A DNA stretch of 64,000 bases from an uncultured Erysipelotrichaceae bacterium (GCA_902801825.1 CADCJS010000002.1:33557-97556), one strand, 5' to 3'; positions 30,497 to 41,384 are shown, numbered from the stretch's first letter. Numbers and translations are program-made. The notes: a model not told the origin generated them from the sequence alone.

Positions 30497-31297
30497 ATGA
30501 TTATTTATATTATATTATTCTTTTTATTAGGATGCATATTGTCAGATATATTTATTAATATTGGTTATAGACTTCCTATAAAAGAAAATGTTTTTGTTAA
30601 TAGAAAATGTATTAAATGTAAAAGTGAATTTACATTAGTAGATAAAATTCCAATTATTGGATATATAAAAAATAAAGGTAAATGTCCAAAATGTAATGAA
30701 AAGTTATATAAACATTATTTCTTATTTATGATTTTTACTGGATTAATTTATGCTTTATGTTTTTATTTATTACATGATAAAGAACCAAATATTATATATT
30801 TATTTTATTCACTAGTATTTGTTTCAACTTTATTAATAGTTATAGTAAGTGATTTTAAATACATGCTTATATTAAATGAAGTATTGATATCATCTTCAGT
30901 GCTTCTTATATTGTTAAAATTATATATAGATTATTATAATGAAGAAATAGTTAATTTTATGGATTTTGGATATAATATAATTTTCATGTTTATTAATTTT
31001 ATATTAATATACATTTTTATGTCTATAATTAAAAAAATAGGAGATTATATATTTAAAAATGAATCAATGGGTAGTGGTGATGTTAAATTAATGAGTGTTA
31101 TTGCAATCATATTAGGTTATAAAATGAGTATAGTAGTAATCTTTATTGGAGCATTTATCGCATTACCATTTTCTGTTTATAATATGATTAAGAATAATAA
31201 TAATATGTTCCCATTTGGACCATTTTTATCTATATCATCAATAATATTATTCTTATTTAGTATTGATTTTGATATTATATTAAATTTTATAAATTAA
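30497..31297 (+). CDS. prepilin peptidase (A24 family, PilD/ComC)
   Basis: N-terminal CxxC...CxxC zinc motif 'CIKCKS...CPKCNE'. Polytopic membrane protein with 'GSGDVKLM' around the catalytic Asp. Confidence 0.8.
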   Translation: MIIYIILFFLLGCILSDIFINIGYRLPIKENVFVNRKCIKCKSEFTLVDKIPIIGYIKNKGKCPKCNEKLYKHYFLFMIFTGLIYALCFYLLHDKEPNIIYLFYSLVFVSTLLIVIVSDFKYMLILNEVLISSSVLLILLKLYIDYYNEEIVNFMDFGYNIIFMFINFILIYIFMSIIKKIGDYIFKNESMGSGDVKLMSVIAIILGYKMSIVVIFIGAFIALPFSVYNMIKNNNNMFPFGPFLSISSIILFLFSIDFDIILNFIN

Positions 31298-32140
31298 TAT
31301 AAATAATATTATATAAACAATTACACTAATAAATATATTAAATATTCTATATTTTAGATATTTAATATATTTTATTTTTGGATTAATACTTATCATTTGA
31401 AAATGAATTGATATAGATGCAAAAACACTTATTATTAATATTAATAAACCTTTGTTAAATATTTTAATATTTAAATTAGATATTTCATATATTCCTTTAG
31501 AAAATTCTAATAAACCTAATATAAAAGAATTAATATTATTATTAAAAGGTAATAATATTTTTAATAATACAACTAGAATAGATATAAATAATAAATTAGA
31601 AAATATTATAGATAATGTTTTAATAGTATCAATTAATGAAGAAGAATATATATTTTTATAATCTTTTTTATTATATTTATCATTAACAAATTTATTTTTT
31701 AATAAAAATGTTAAAAATAGGTTAGATGTTATTATACTTATAAATATAATTAAAGATATTTTTATATTTTTTAAATAAATAAAACCAACTGTTGTTAGTA
31801 AAAATGAAGGATTTATATAATTAGTCACATAGTTTAAATATTCATTTTTACTTTCTTTTAACAATTTAATATTATTTGGATAACCAGAAAACATTGATAA
31901 TAATATAATTGCTAATTCATTTTTATTAATATTAAATATTCTACATATTCTATTAGGCATATATTTTTCAATACTACTTTTAATTAATATATTAGAAAAA
32001 AGTATTTGAAAAAACATAGATGGCATTAAAGTGTATAAACATATATTTATAGTTTTATTAAATTCATTTACTATTATTTTAGAATTAGTAAATAAAAATA
32101 TATCTAGTGTTATAATTAATAATATTAATATTTTTTTCAT
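31280..32140 (-). CDS. polytopic membrane protein (YlbJ/nucleoside-recognition-like?)
   Basis: Eight or more TM helices. 'LMPSMFFQILF' resembles the P-S-x-F-P-F motif of spore-maturation/nucleoside-recognition-domain proteins. The identification is weak. Confidence 0.35.
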   Translation of the reverse strand: MKKILILLIITLDIFLFTNSKIIVNEFNKTINICLYTLMPSMFFQILFSNILIKSSIEKYMPNRICRIFNINKNELAIILLSMFSGYPNNIKLLKESKNEYLNYVTNYINPSFLLTTVGFIYLKNIKISLIIFISIITSNLFLTFLLKNKFVNDKYNKKDYKNIYSSSLIDTIKTLSIIFSNLLFISILVVLLKILLPFNNNINSFILGLLEFSKGIYEISNLNIKIFNKGLLILIISVFASISIHFQMISINPKIKYIKYLKYRIFNIFISVIVYIILFILIYKI

Positions 32141-32208
32141 ATTAAATTATATGTATTATAATTTACTAATTATTATAAAAATGTTATAATTTTTTGTAGG
32201 TGAAGTTT

Positions 32209-34746
32209 ATGAAAATGGCAGATGTAGATTTAACAAAAGTTTCTCCTATGATGAAACAATATATTGATGTTAAAAGTAAAAATTTAGATACAATTATATT
32301 TTTTAGGGTTGGGGATTTTTATGAAATGTTTTTTGAAGATGCGATTAATGTGTCTAGAGATTTAGAATTAACATTAACATCTAAATCTTGTGGTCTAAAA
32401 GAAAGAGTACCTATGTGTGGTGTACCTTATCATGCATCAGAAATATATATTAATAAATTACTAGAAAAAGGATATAAAGTTGCGATTTGTGAACAAATAG
32501 AAGATCCTAAAACAACTAAAACATTAGTAAAAAGAGATATTATACAAGTAGTATCATCTGGAACAAAAATGAATAGTGAAATGCTTGATGAAAAATCTAA
32601 TAATTATATTGGAAATATTATAGATTTAAATTATCAGTATATTGTTAGTTATTCAGATATAACTACTGGTGAATTTTATGCTTTTGTTATTGAACATGAT
32701 GAAGATAAACTAAAAAATGAAATAATTGAAAGAAATATTAAAGAAATAGTTGTTAACACAGATTTTAATAGATTAGTTTTAGATGAAATAAAAAAACATT
32801 ATAATTTAACTATATCTATTCATAATAATACAGATTTAGTAAATGATTATTCTTATATATTTAGTGATATAGAAGATAAAAGAATAATTAATTGTGCAAA
32901 AAACTTATTATCATATTTAGAAACCACTCAAAAAAGAAGTTTATCACATTTAAGAAAAATAATAGTGGTAAATGAAAATTCTTTCTTAAGAATGGATATA
33001 AATACTAAAAGAAATCTAGAACTTATAGAAAATATTAGAACTAAAGAAAAAAAATATTCTTTATTATGGTTGCTTGATAAAACAAAGACTGCAATGGGTG
33101 CGAGATTACTAAAGAAGTATATTTTAAATCCATTAATTAATAAAGAAGTTATTGAAGAAAGATATAATAAAATAGAAAAATTAACTGAAGAATTTATATT
33201 AAAAGATGAATTAAGAGAATGTTTAGATAATGTATATGATTTAGAAAGATTAGTAGGTAAAGTAGGTTTTTCTTCAGCTAATGCTAGAGATTTATTACAG
33301 CTAAAAACATCATTAAAAGAATTACCTAAAATAAATGATATATTAAATAAATTAAGTTTTAAGGGTATAAACACATTTGATGACTTATATAATTTAATAG
33401 ATAAAAGTATTAATGAAGATGCACCAGTTTCTTTAAAAGAAGGGTACTTAATTAAAGATGGATATAATAAAGAATTAGATGAAATAAAAACAAGTAGAAA
33501 AAGTAATAAAGATTTTGTTTCTAGATTGGAATCAGAAGAAAGAGAAAGAACTGGTATTAAAACATTAAAAGTAGGTTTTAATAAAGTATTTGGTTACTAT
33601 ATAGAAGTAAGTAAAGGTGCGATAAAAGATATTAAAGAAGAATATGGTTATGAAAGAAAACAAACATTATCTACTGGTGAAAGATTTATAACACCTATAT
33701 TAAAAGAAAAAGAAGCTTTAATATTAGGTGCTGAAGAAAGAATTATTTCATTAGAATATGATTTATTTGTATCTATAAGAAATAAGATAAAAGAATATAT
33801 AATGGATTTACAGGATTTATCTAATTATTTAAGTGAAATAGATGTATTAACTTCATTGACAGTAGTTGCTGAAGAAAATAATTTTGTAAGACCAATATTA
33901 AATAGTGATCATATTATAGATATTAAAGATGGAAGACATCCTGTAGTAGAAAAAGTAATGGATGGAGAATATTCTCCAAATGATATTAAATTTGATAAAG
34001 ATACTTGTATATTATTAATTACAGGTCCTAATATGGCAGGTAAGTCTACATATGAAAGACAAATGGCAATTATATCAATACTTGCACAAATAGGTAGTTT
34101 TGTACCTGCTACTTATGCTAATATTCCTATTTTTGATAAAATATTTACAAGAATAGGTGCATCTGATGATTTAGTATCTGGTTCTTCTACATTTATGGTA
34201 GAAATGATGGAAGCTAATAATGCACTTAAAAATGCAACAGAAAATAGTTTAATATTATTTGATGAATTAGGTAGAGGAACTGCTACTTATGATGGTATGA
34301 GTTTATCAGCAGCAATACTTGAATATATTCATGACAAAGTAAAAGCTAAAACATTTTTCTCTACTCATTATCATGAATTAACTTCATTAGCAACTACTAA
34401 ACCAAATATTAAAAATGTACATGTTTCAGCATTAGAAGAAAATGGAAATGTAATATTCTTACATAAAATAAAAGACGGTTCAATTGATAAGAGTTATGGT
34501 TTAAATGTTGCCAAATTAGCAAATCTTCCTGCATCTTTATTAGAAAGAGCTAAAGAAATATTAAATCAATATGAAAATACTAATAAAGATATAAAAATAA
34601 AGGAAAATACTTTACAAATAAGTATGAATTTTGATGAGAATAAAAGTGAAATAGAAGAAGAAATAAAAAAATTAGATTTATTAAATTTAACACCAATACA
34701 AGCATTAAATAAATTATATGAATATCAAGAAAAAATAAAGGAATAA
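32209..34746 (+). CDS. mutS: DNA mismatch repair protein MutS (MutS1)
   Basis: Mismatch-binding 'GDFYEMF' Phe-x-Glu motif. Walker A 'ITGPNMAGKST', 'STFMVEM' and 'DELGRGT'. Start moved to the ATG at 32209 (AGGTGA RBS). Confidence 0.9.
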   Translation: MKMADVDLTKVSPMMKQYIDVKSKNLDTIIFFRVGDFYEMFFEDAINVSRDLELTLTSKSCGLKERVPMCGVPYHASEIYINKLLEKGYKVAICEQIEDPKTTKTLVKRDIIQVVSSGTKMNSEMLDEKSNNYIGNIIDLNYQYIVSYSDITTGEFYAFVIEHDEDKLKNEIIERNIKEIVVNTDFNRLVLDEIKKHYNLTISIHNNTDLVNDYSYIFSDIEDKRIINCAKNLLSYLETTQKRSLSHLRKIIVVNENSFLRMDINTKRNLELIENIRTKEKKYSLLWLLDKTKTAMGARLLKKYILNPLINKEVIEERYNKIEKLTEEFILKDELRECLDNVYDLERLVGKVGFSSANARDLLQLKTSLKELPKINDILNKLSFKGINTFDDLYNLIDKSINEDAPVSLKEGYLIKDGYNKELDEIKTSRKSNKDFVSRLESEERERTGIKTLKVGFNKVFGYYIEVSKGAIKDIKEEYGYERKQTLSTGERFITPILKEKEALILGAEERIISLEYDLFVSIRNKIKEYIMDLQDLSNYLSEIDVLTSLTVVAEENNFVRPILNSDHIIDIKDGRHPVVEKVMDGEYSPNDIKFDKDTCILLITGPNMAGKSTYERQMAIISILAQIGSFVPATYANIPIFDKIFTRIGASDDLVSGSSTFMVEMMEANNALKNATENSLILFDELGRGTATYDGMSLSAAILEYIHDKVKAKTFFSTHYHELTSLATTKPNIKNVHVSALEENGNVIFLHKIKDGSIDKSYGLNVAKLANLPASLLERAKEILNQYENTNKDIKIKENTLQISMNFDENKSEIEEEIKKLDLLNLTPIQALNKLYEYQEKIKE

Positions 34747-34749
34747 AAT

Positions 34750-35268
34750 ATGAAAAAAAGAATAATAAATATACTTTTTTATAGTTTAATAGTAATCATA
34801 TTAGTTTTTACACTCTCAAAGACAAAAGAATATAAAAATTACACATCAATAAATACAATTTATGATAATAAAACAATAAAAAAATATAGTAAAAATCGTT
34901 TAGTAAAAATAAACTCTGATAATATAGTTGAAACTAGATTTAAAATTGCATATCAAAATAATAATTATAAAATATGTTATGTTAGATTTGATAATGTAAC
35001 ACTATTGTTAGAATTAAATGATAAAGACTTAAATAAAAAAGAAATAATTGGTGAATTAAAAAGTCCAACAAGTAATATAGTAGATTTACAAAATAAACTA
35101 GAAAATGAAGAAAAAATAAATGATTTTTTTGATAAATATTTAACAGTTAAAAATAATAAAACTATAAATAAGATAAATATTATTAAATTATTTTTATTAT
35201 TTTCAGTTCTTATTATTAGTTTATTATCAATTATATATAATCTTATTAAATTAATACTACAAAAGTAG
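34750..35268 (+). CDS. hypothetical membrane protein (N- and C-terminal TM helices)
   Basis: Occupies the position where mutL usually lies. No motif. Confidence 0.4.
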   Translation: MKKRIINILFYSLIVIILVFTLSKTKEYKNYTSINTIYDNKTIKKYSKNRLVKINSDNIVETRFKIAYQNNNYKICYVRFDNVTLLLELNDKDLNKKEIIGELKSPTSNIVDLQNKLENEEKINDFFDKYLTVKNNKTINKINIIKLFLLFSVLIISLLSIIYNLIKLILQK

Positions 35269-35311
35269 TATTTTTTTATAAAATATGATAAAATTAACTT
35301 GGGTGAATTAT

Positions 35312-35716
35312 ATGAATAGAAGTGAACTTAGAAAAAAAATAATGACTATTTTATATCAAATATTTTTATATGAATCAGATAATATAGAATATGATGTTAA
35401 TAGTGTTATTAAAGAAAATGTAGAAATAGATAATGATTTTGTTAACAATATGGTTCATGGTGTTTTAGATAATATTCATGATATAGATAAAATTGCTAAT
35501 AAAAATTTAAAAGATTGGACTATTGATAGATTAGGTAAAATAGATCAAGCTATTTTAAGAATGGGTATATATGAATTATGTTATACAGATACTCCTGAAA
35601 TTGTAACAATTAATGAAGCAGTTGAATTATCAAAAGAATATTCTGATGAAAAAGTTAAAAATATGATTAATGCAGTTTTAGATAAAATATATCATGGAGA
35701 TAATAAAGATGAATAA
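35312..35716 (+). CDS. nusB: transcription antitermination factor NusB
   Basis: 'RSELRKKIMTILYQIFLYES' NusB N-terminus. 'KDWTIDRLGKIDQAILRMGIYEL'. Start moved to the ATG at 35312 (GGGTGA RBS). Confidence 0.85.
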   Translation: MNRSELRKKIMTILYQIFLYESDNIEYDVNSVIKENVEIDNDFVNNMVHGVLDNIHDIDKIANKNLKDWTIDRLGKIDQAILRMGIYELCYTDTPEIVTINEAVELSKEYSDEKVKNMINAVLDKIYHGDNKDE

Positions 35717-36983
35717 TTATATATCAGTTATTGCTTTAACAAGATATATAAAATATAAATTAGATAATGATATTAATTTACAAGAAGTATATTTAAAAGG
35801 TGAAATATCTAATTTTAAGCGTCATTCTAGAGGTCATTTTTATTTTACTATTAAAGATGAAGAATCTAGAATAAATGCAATTATGTTTGCTTCTTCAGCT
35901 AAAAACGTTAATTTTGAACCAGTAGATGGTACTAAAGTATTAGTAAAAGGTAGAATTAGTGTATTTGAATCAACTGGTAATTATCAAATATATGTTAATG
36001 AAATGCAAGAAGATGGAATTGGTAATTTATATGCTTTATATGAAAAATTGAAGAAAGATCTTCAAAAAGAAGGATTATTTGATGAGAGTCATAAAAAACA
36101 AATTCCTAAGATACCTAAAAGAGTTGGTGTAGTAACAGCTCCTACTGGAGCAGCAATAAGAGATATTATTTCAACTATTAATAGAAGATATCCTTTATGT
36201 GAAGTAATATTATTTCCTTCGTTAGTACAAGGTAAAGATGCTAAAGATGATATTGTTAAAAATATTAAAATAGCTGATTCTTATAATCTTGATACACTAA
36301 TTGTTGGTAGAGGTGGAGGAAGTATTGAAGATTTATGGGCATTTAATGAAGAAATAGTTGCTAGAGCAATATATGAATGTAATACTCCAATTATTAGTGC
36401 TGTTGGTCATGAAGTTGATTTTACAATTGCTGATTTTGTTGCAGATAAAAGAGCTGCAACACCAACAGGAGCAGCTGAATTAGCAGTACCTTCTAAAGAA
36501 GATTTAATTAAATTAATAAAACAATATGAAATTAGATTAAATAAAAATACTAACAATTTACTAATAAATAATAGAAAAATATTAGATAAAATTAAAGATA
36601 GTTATATATTAAAAAATCCTATGGCTATATATCAAGTTAAAGAAGAAAAATTATCAAATTCTATAGAAAAAATAAATACAATTATTTTTAATGAAATAGA
36701 AAAAAATAAAACTAAATTGAATTTATTTAAAAACGCTCATATTTTATTAAATCCGAATAAAATATTAGAAAATAAGAATAATAAATATAATAATTTAATA
36801 GAAAAATTAACTGTTTTAAATCCTTTTAATACTTTAAAAAGAGGATATGCGATAGTTAAAAAAGAGGATAAGGTAGTTAATAAAGTAAATAAAATAAAAA
36901 TAAATGATACTATTAATATTGATTTATATGATGGAAATATAGTATCTAAAATAATAGATATAAAGGAGAAACAAAATGGCTAA
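35709..36983 (+). CDS. xseA: exodeoxyribonuclease VII large subunit
   Basis: N-terminal OB fold, 'VGVVTAPTGAAIRDI' and 'LIVGRGGGSIEDLWAFNEE' motifs. Start moved to the ATG at 35709 (GGAGA RBS). Confidence 0.85.
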   Translation: MNNYISVIALTRYIKYKLDNDINLQEVYLKGEISNFKRHSRGHFYFTIKDEESRINAIMFASSAKNVNFEPVDGTKVLVKGRISVFESTGNYQIYVNEMQEDGIGNLYALYEKLKKDLQKEGLFDESHKKQIPKIPKRVGVVTAPTGAAIRDIISTINRRYPLCEVILFPSLVQGKDAKDDIVKNIKIADSYNLDTLIVGRGGGSIEDLWAFNEEIVARAIYECNTPIISAVGHEVDFTIADFVADKRAATPTGAAELAVPSKEDLIKLIKQYEIRLNKNTNNLLINNRKILDKIKDSYILKNPMAIYQVKEEKLSNSIEKINTIIFNEIEKNKTKLNLFKNAHILLNPNKILENKNNKYNNLIEKLTVLNPFNTLKRGYAIVKKEDKVVNKVNKIKINDTINIDLYDGNIVSKIIDIKEKQNG

Positions 36984-37209
36984 GAATGAAAAATCTTTTG
37001 AAGAAAAATTAGAAGAATTAGAATTAATTATAAAGGAACTTGAAGAAGGAAAAACTAGTTTAGATGATGCGATTGAAAAATATACTATTGCGATGAATTT
37101 AGCTAAAGAATGTTCTGATAAACTAGATAATGCACAAAAAGCAGTAAATAAAATATTAAATAATAATAATTTAGAAGAATTTAAAGAATTAGAAGAAGAA
37201 AAAATCTAA
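36976..37209 (+). CDS. xseB: exodeoxyribonuclease VII small subunit
   Basis: 77-aa coiled-coil protein 'FEEKLEELE.IIKELEEGKTSLDDAIEKY' overlapping the xseA stop. Confidence 0.8.
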   Translation: MAKNEKSFEEKLEELELIIKELEEGKTSLDDAIEKYTIAMNLAKECSDKLDNAQKAVNKILNNNNLEEFKELEEEKI

Positions 37210-37292
37210 TTTTTTTTTGGTAAATTTTACTAGTTATAAGATTAATAATCTAGAAAATAATAATAATGTAACATGTTACATAAGGAGGAAAA

Positions 37293-38267
37293 ATGAAAAG
37301 AATTTTAATATTCTTAACAATCACTTTAATAGTGCCATTTTCTTCCATTTTAGCATACTCTTCTAATGTAATAGTTGGAGGAGAAAACGTTGGTATTATG
37401 GTTAAAACTAAAGGTATTTTAGTTGTTGGTCTATATAAAGTAGATAATGAATTAATCGCTGCATCTACAAATATAAAACCAGGTGATTACATTGTTAAAG
37501 TAAATAATAAAGAAGTAAATGATATTAATGATTTTACTAATGAAATAAATAATAGTGATAATAAAGATAGTATAAATATAGAATATAAAAGAGATGACAA
37601 AATATATACTGGAAATCTAAAACTAAAAAAAGTAGATAATGAATATAAAACAGGTTTATATGTTAAAGACACTGTAAGTGGTATAGGTACATTAACTTTT
37701 ATTGATCCTAAAACTAAATTATATGGTGCATTAGGACATCAAATAATAGATAGTAATACTAATACTTCATTAAATATAAATGAAGGATCTATTTATTATT
37801 CATATATAACAGGAATTAATAAATCAAGTAATGGTAAAGTAGGAGAAAAAGAATCAAGACAAGAAAAAGATAAAATATATGGTGACGTTAAAGAAAATAC
37901 AAATAAAGGAATATTTGGTAATTATAAAAATGATATAAATAATGATAAATTAACTCCGGTTGCAAAAAATGACGAAATAGTACTAGGAGGAGCTAGTATA
38001 TTAACCGTTGTTGCAAATGACGAAGTTAAAGAATATAGAATAAATATAGATAAAATAGATTATAAAGATAGTACTAAAAATATATTATTTACAATAACAG
38101 ATGAAGAATTATTAAATAAAACTGGTGGTGTTGTACAAGGAATGAGTGGATCACCAATAATGCAAAATGGTAAATTAATTGGTGCTGTAACACATGCTAT
38201 TGTAGATGATTGTAAAAAAGGATATGGTATATTTATAACAAATATGTTACAGGAAGCTGATAATTAA
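37293..38267 (+). CDS. spoIVB: stage IV sporulation protein B (SpoIVB peptidase, S55)
   Basis: Signal/TM, PDZ domain ('IKPGDYIVKVNNKEV'), catalytic His ('GALGHQI') and Ser ('QGMSGSPIM') of peptidase S55. Confidence 0.8.
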   Translation: MKRILIFLTITLIVPFSSILAYSSNVIVGGENVGIMVKTKGILVVGLYKVDNELIAASTNIKPGDYIVKVNNKEVNDINDFTNEINNSDNKDSINIEYKRDDKIYTGNLKLKKVDNEYKTGLYVKDTVSGIGTLTFIDPKTKLYGALGHQIIDSNTNTSLNINEGSIYYSYITGINKSSNGKVGEKESRQEKDKIYGDVKENTNKGIFGNYKNDINNDKLTPVAKNDEIVLGGASILTVVANDEVKEYRINIDKIDYKDSTKNILFTITDEELLNKTGGVVQGMSGSPIMQNGKLIGAVTHAIVDDCKKGYGIFITNMLQEADN

Positions 38268-38288
38268 TGCTTCCTTTTTTTATAACTA

Positions 38289-38432
38289 TTGACAAATAAT
38301 AGATTTATTGTTAAAATTAATGTGTTTGCGATTATGGCCTTTTTGCCGTTTGCAACCGCACGAATATGGGTTTATAAAAAACATTAATGTTACCTATAAT
38401 AGGCGAGTCTAAAATTTAAAAGGAGGTATAAT
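38289..38432 (+). promoter_or_regulatory. sigma-A promoter (TTGACA-17-TAAAAT) plus ribosomal protein L21 leader
   Basis: TTGACA at 38289-38294 and TAAAAT at 38312-38317. About 110-nt leader with hairpins (gcgattatggcc...ggttgcaaacggc) before rplU, as in the Firmicute L21-leader autoregulatory element. Confidence 0.5.
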
Positions 38433-38729
38433 ATGAAAGCAATTATTGAAACTGGTGGTAAACAATACACTGTTACAGAAGGTTCTGAAATTTTTGTTGA
38501 AAAATTACAAGGTAATGAAGGAACAAAAGTTGTTTTTGATAAAGTTTTAATGTTAGATAACAATTTTGGTACTCCATATGTTGAAGGTGCTAAAGTTACT
38601 GGCGAAATAGTAAAACAAGGTAAACAAAAGAAAATTATTGTTTTTAAATATCGTCAAAAAAATAATTATCATAAAACTCAAGGTCATAGACAACCATATA
38701 CAAAAGTTGTTATTAAATCAATAAAATAG
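38433..38729 (+). CDS. rplU: 50S ribosomal protein L21
   Basis: '[15 protein letters not shown]' canonical N-terminus. Confidence 0.9.
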   Translation: MKAIIETGGKQYTVTEGSEIFVEKLQGNEGTKVVFDKVLMLDNNFGTPYVEGAKVTGEIVKQGKQKKIIVFKYRQKNNYHKTQGHRQPYTKVVIKSIK

Positions 38730-38737
38730 GTAATATT

Positions 38738-39034
38738 ATGATTAAAGTTGATTTAAGAGAAGAAAATGTTATTACAATTAAAGGACATGCTTTATTTTCT
38801 GATTTTGGAACTGATATAGTTTGTGCATCTGTATCTTCAATAGTTATTACTACTATTAATGATGTGATGTCTATAGATAATGATGCGATTGAATATGAAA
38901 GTAAAACAGGTAAAGTTGTAATTAAAATTAAAAAGAATAGTGATATTGTTAGTATTCTTATTGATAATATGATTTTATTACTAGAAAGTCTTGAAAAAGA
39001 TTATAGTGAAAATATAAAAATAATAAGGAGGTAA
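38738..39034 (+). CDS. prp: ribosomal-processing cysteine protease Prp (YsxB)
   Basis: '[19 protein letters not shown]' Cys-His dyad region. Lies between rplU and rpmA. Confidence 0.8.
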   Translation: MIKVDLREENVITIKGHALFSDFGTDIVCASVSSIVITTINDVMSIDNDAIEYESKTGKVVIKIKKNSDIVSILIDNMILLLESLEKDYSENIKIIRR

Positions 39035-39039
39035 ACCAT

Positions 39040-39330
39040 ATGTTAAAGATGTTATTAGATATACAATTATTTGCGCATGTTAAAGCTCAAGGTTCAACAC
39101 ATAATGGTAGAGATAGTGCTGGTAGAAGATTAGGTGCTAAAGCTGCTGATGGTGAATTTATAAAAGCAGGTTCTATTATTTATCGTCAAAGAGGAACTAA
39201 AATTTATCCAGGAAATAATGTTGGCATGGGAGTTGATCATACTTTATTTGCTAAAATTGATGGATATGTAAAATTTGAAGCTAAAGGTAAAACTAAAAAA
39301 CAAGTTAGCGTTTACGAAGAAAGAAAATAA
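39040..39330 (+). CDS. rpmA: 50S ribosomal protein L27 (with Prp-cleavable N-terminal extension)
   Basis: '...IQLFA|[14 protein letters not shown]' extension and cleavage site. '[11 protein letters not shown]'. Confidence 0.9.
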   Translation: MLKMLLDIQLFAHVKAQGSTHNGRDSAGRRLGAKAADGEFIKAGSIIYRQRGTKIYPGNNVGMGVDHTLFAKIDGYVKFEAKGKTKKQVSVYEERK

Positions 39331-39375
39331 TATCATCAATAGATGATATTTTTTGTATATAAGGAGGATAATATT

Positions 39376-40014
39376 ATGCGTTATAATATTGTTAAAGATG
39401 CAAAAAAAATATTAGATGAAAGTCCATATATTATAAAAAATCCTGAAAAATATTTAGGTAAATGGTCTAGTATATTTAAAAATAATAATCCAATATGTTT
39501 AGAACTTGGTATGGGTAGAGGTAGTTTTATTATTCAAATGGCTAAAAAGAATCCTAATGTTAATTATATTGGTTTAGAACTAGATATTAATCAAACTGCA
39601 TATGCACTTAAAAATATAAAAGGACAAAGAATTAATAATTTAAGAATTATTTGTAGTGATGCTAAAGAAATTAAGAATTATTTTAAAAAAGAAATAGATT
39701 TAATATATTTAACTTTTTCTGAACCTTGGCCTAAAAAACAAGATGAAAGAAAAAGATTTACTCATGAGAGTTATTTAAGAATATATGATAGATTATTTAA
39801 AAAAGATAAACATATTATTTTAAAAACAGATAATAAAATATTATTTTCTTCAGCTTTAGAAAGTTTAAGTAATTATTGGTATTCTTTTAGCAAAGTAAGT
39901 TTAGATTTACATCATGATGAAAGAAAAATTGATAATGTTATGACTGATTTTGAAAAAGAATACTTTAAAGAAAAAAGACCTATATATTATGTAGATGCTA
40001 GATTTAAAAATTAA
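39376..40014 (+). CDS. trmB: tRNA (guanine46-N7)-methyltransferase
   Basis: 'LELGMGRGSF' SAM motif and 'EPWPKK'. Start moved to the ATG at 39376 (AAGGAGG RBS). Confidence 0.75.
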   Translation: MRYNIVKDAKKILDESPYIIKNPEKYLGKWSSIFKNNNPICLELGMGRGSFIIQMAKKNPNVNYIGLELDINQTAYALKNIKGQRINNLRIICSDAKEIKNYFKKEIDLIYLTFSEPWPKKQDERKRFTHESYLRIYDRLFKKDKHIILKTDNKILFSSALESLSNYWYSFSKVSLDLHHDERKIDNVMTDFEKEYFKEKRPIYYVDARFKN

Positions 40015-40031
40015 TACAAAGGAGTGTTATT

Positions 40032-41300
40032 ATGTTTATAGACGAGGTTATATTAGATATAATAGCGGGAACTGGTGGAGATGGTTGTACATCTTTTAGA
40101 AGAGAAAAATATGTACCTAATGGTGGTCCTAATGGTGGTAATGGTGGTAAAGGTTCTAGTATTATATTTAAAGTTGATACTAATTTAAGAACATTACTAG
40201 ATTTAAAATATATGCATGAAATTAAAGGTAAAAAAGGTCAAAATGGTATGGGTAAGAATATGAATGGTAAGAATGCCGAAGATATTGTTATTAAAGTACC
40301 AGAAGGTACTGTTGTTACTGATTTAAATACCAATTTAATATTAGCAGATCTAACTCGTAAAGATGATGAAGTAATTATTTGTCATGGAGGCCGAGGTGGT
40401 AGAGGAAATTATGCTTTTAAATCACATAGTAATACTGCACCAAATTTTTCTGAAAATGGTGAACCAGGTGAAGAAAGAAGAGTTAAAGTAGAATTAAAAT
40501 TATTAGCTGATGTAGGATTAGTAGGACTTCCTTCAGTAGGTAAATCTACTTTAATATCAAAAATATCTGCTTCTAAGCCTAAAATTGCAGCATATCATTT
40601 TACAACATTAGTCCCTAATTTAGGTGTAGTTAAAACTTTAGATAATAGAAGTTTTGTAGTAGCAGATCTTCCAGGTTTAATAGAAGGTGCATCTAATGGA
40701 GATGGTCTTGGTGATAAGTTCTTAAAACATATTGAAAGAACTAGGGTAATCGCACATGTTATAGATATGAGTGGTATTGAAGGAAGAAATCCATATAATG
40801 ATTATTTAGTTATTAATAAGGAATTAGAGAATTTTAATAAAAAATTATTAAAGAAACCTCAAATTATAATAGCAAATAAAATGGATATACCTTCTTCAAA
40901 AGAAAACTTAGAAGAGTTTAAGAAAAATGTAGATTTACCTATATATGAAATAAGTGCGATTAATAACAAAGGTTTAGACAATGTTTTACTTGTTTTAGCA
41001 GATATATTAGATAAAGAAGAAAAAAATGATTTATATGAAAGCGATGAAATGGAAAGTCATATTTTATATAAATTTAAAGAAGAAAAGCCATTTACTATTG
41101 AAAAAGAAAATGACATATTTGTGATTCATAGTGATAAAATAGAAAAATTATTTAAAATGACTAAATTTACTGATGAAGGAGTTAGAAGATTTTCTAATAA
41201 ATTAAGAAGAATGGGTGTTGATGAAGAACTTAAGAAATTAGGTGCTAAAGAAGGAGATTTAGTTAAAATATTAGACTTTGAATTTGAATTTACTGAATAG
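40032..41300 (+). CDS. obg: GTPase Obg
   Basis: Gly-rich Obg fold 'GGPNGGNGGKG'. G1 'GLPSVGKST' and G3 'DLPG'. C-terminal OCT domain. Confidence 0.9.
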   Translation: MFIDEVILDIIAGTGGDGCTSFRREKYVPNGGPNGGNGGKGSSIIFKVDTNLRTLLDLKYMHEIKGKKGQNGMGKNMNGKNAEDIVIKVPEGTVVTDLNTNLILADLTRKDDEVIICHGGRGGRGNYAFKSHSNTAPNFSENGEPGEERRVKVELKLLADVGLVGLPSVGKSTLISKISASKPKIAAYHFTTLVPNLGVVKTLDNRSFVVADLPGLIEGASNGDGLGDKFLKHIERTRVIAHVIDMSGIEGRNPYNDYLVINKELENFNKKLLKKPQIIIANKMDIPSSKENLEEFKKNVDLPIYEISAINNKGLDNVLLVLADILDKEEKNDLYESDEMESHILYKFKEEKPFTIEKENDIFVIHSDKIEKLFKMTKFTDEGVRRFSNKLRRMGVDEELKKLGAKEGDLVKILDFEFEFTE

Positions 41301-41326
41301 ATGTTATTAAGCATCTATTTTTTTAT
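41298..41326 (+). terminator. rho-independent terminator after obg
   Basis: tagatg-ttattaag-catcta followed by T9. Confidence 0.6.
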
Positions 41327-41384
41327 TTATTTTTTCTTTCGAATTATTATAAATAATGTTATAATAATAATGGAGTGATAACAT

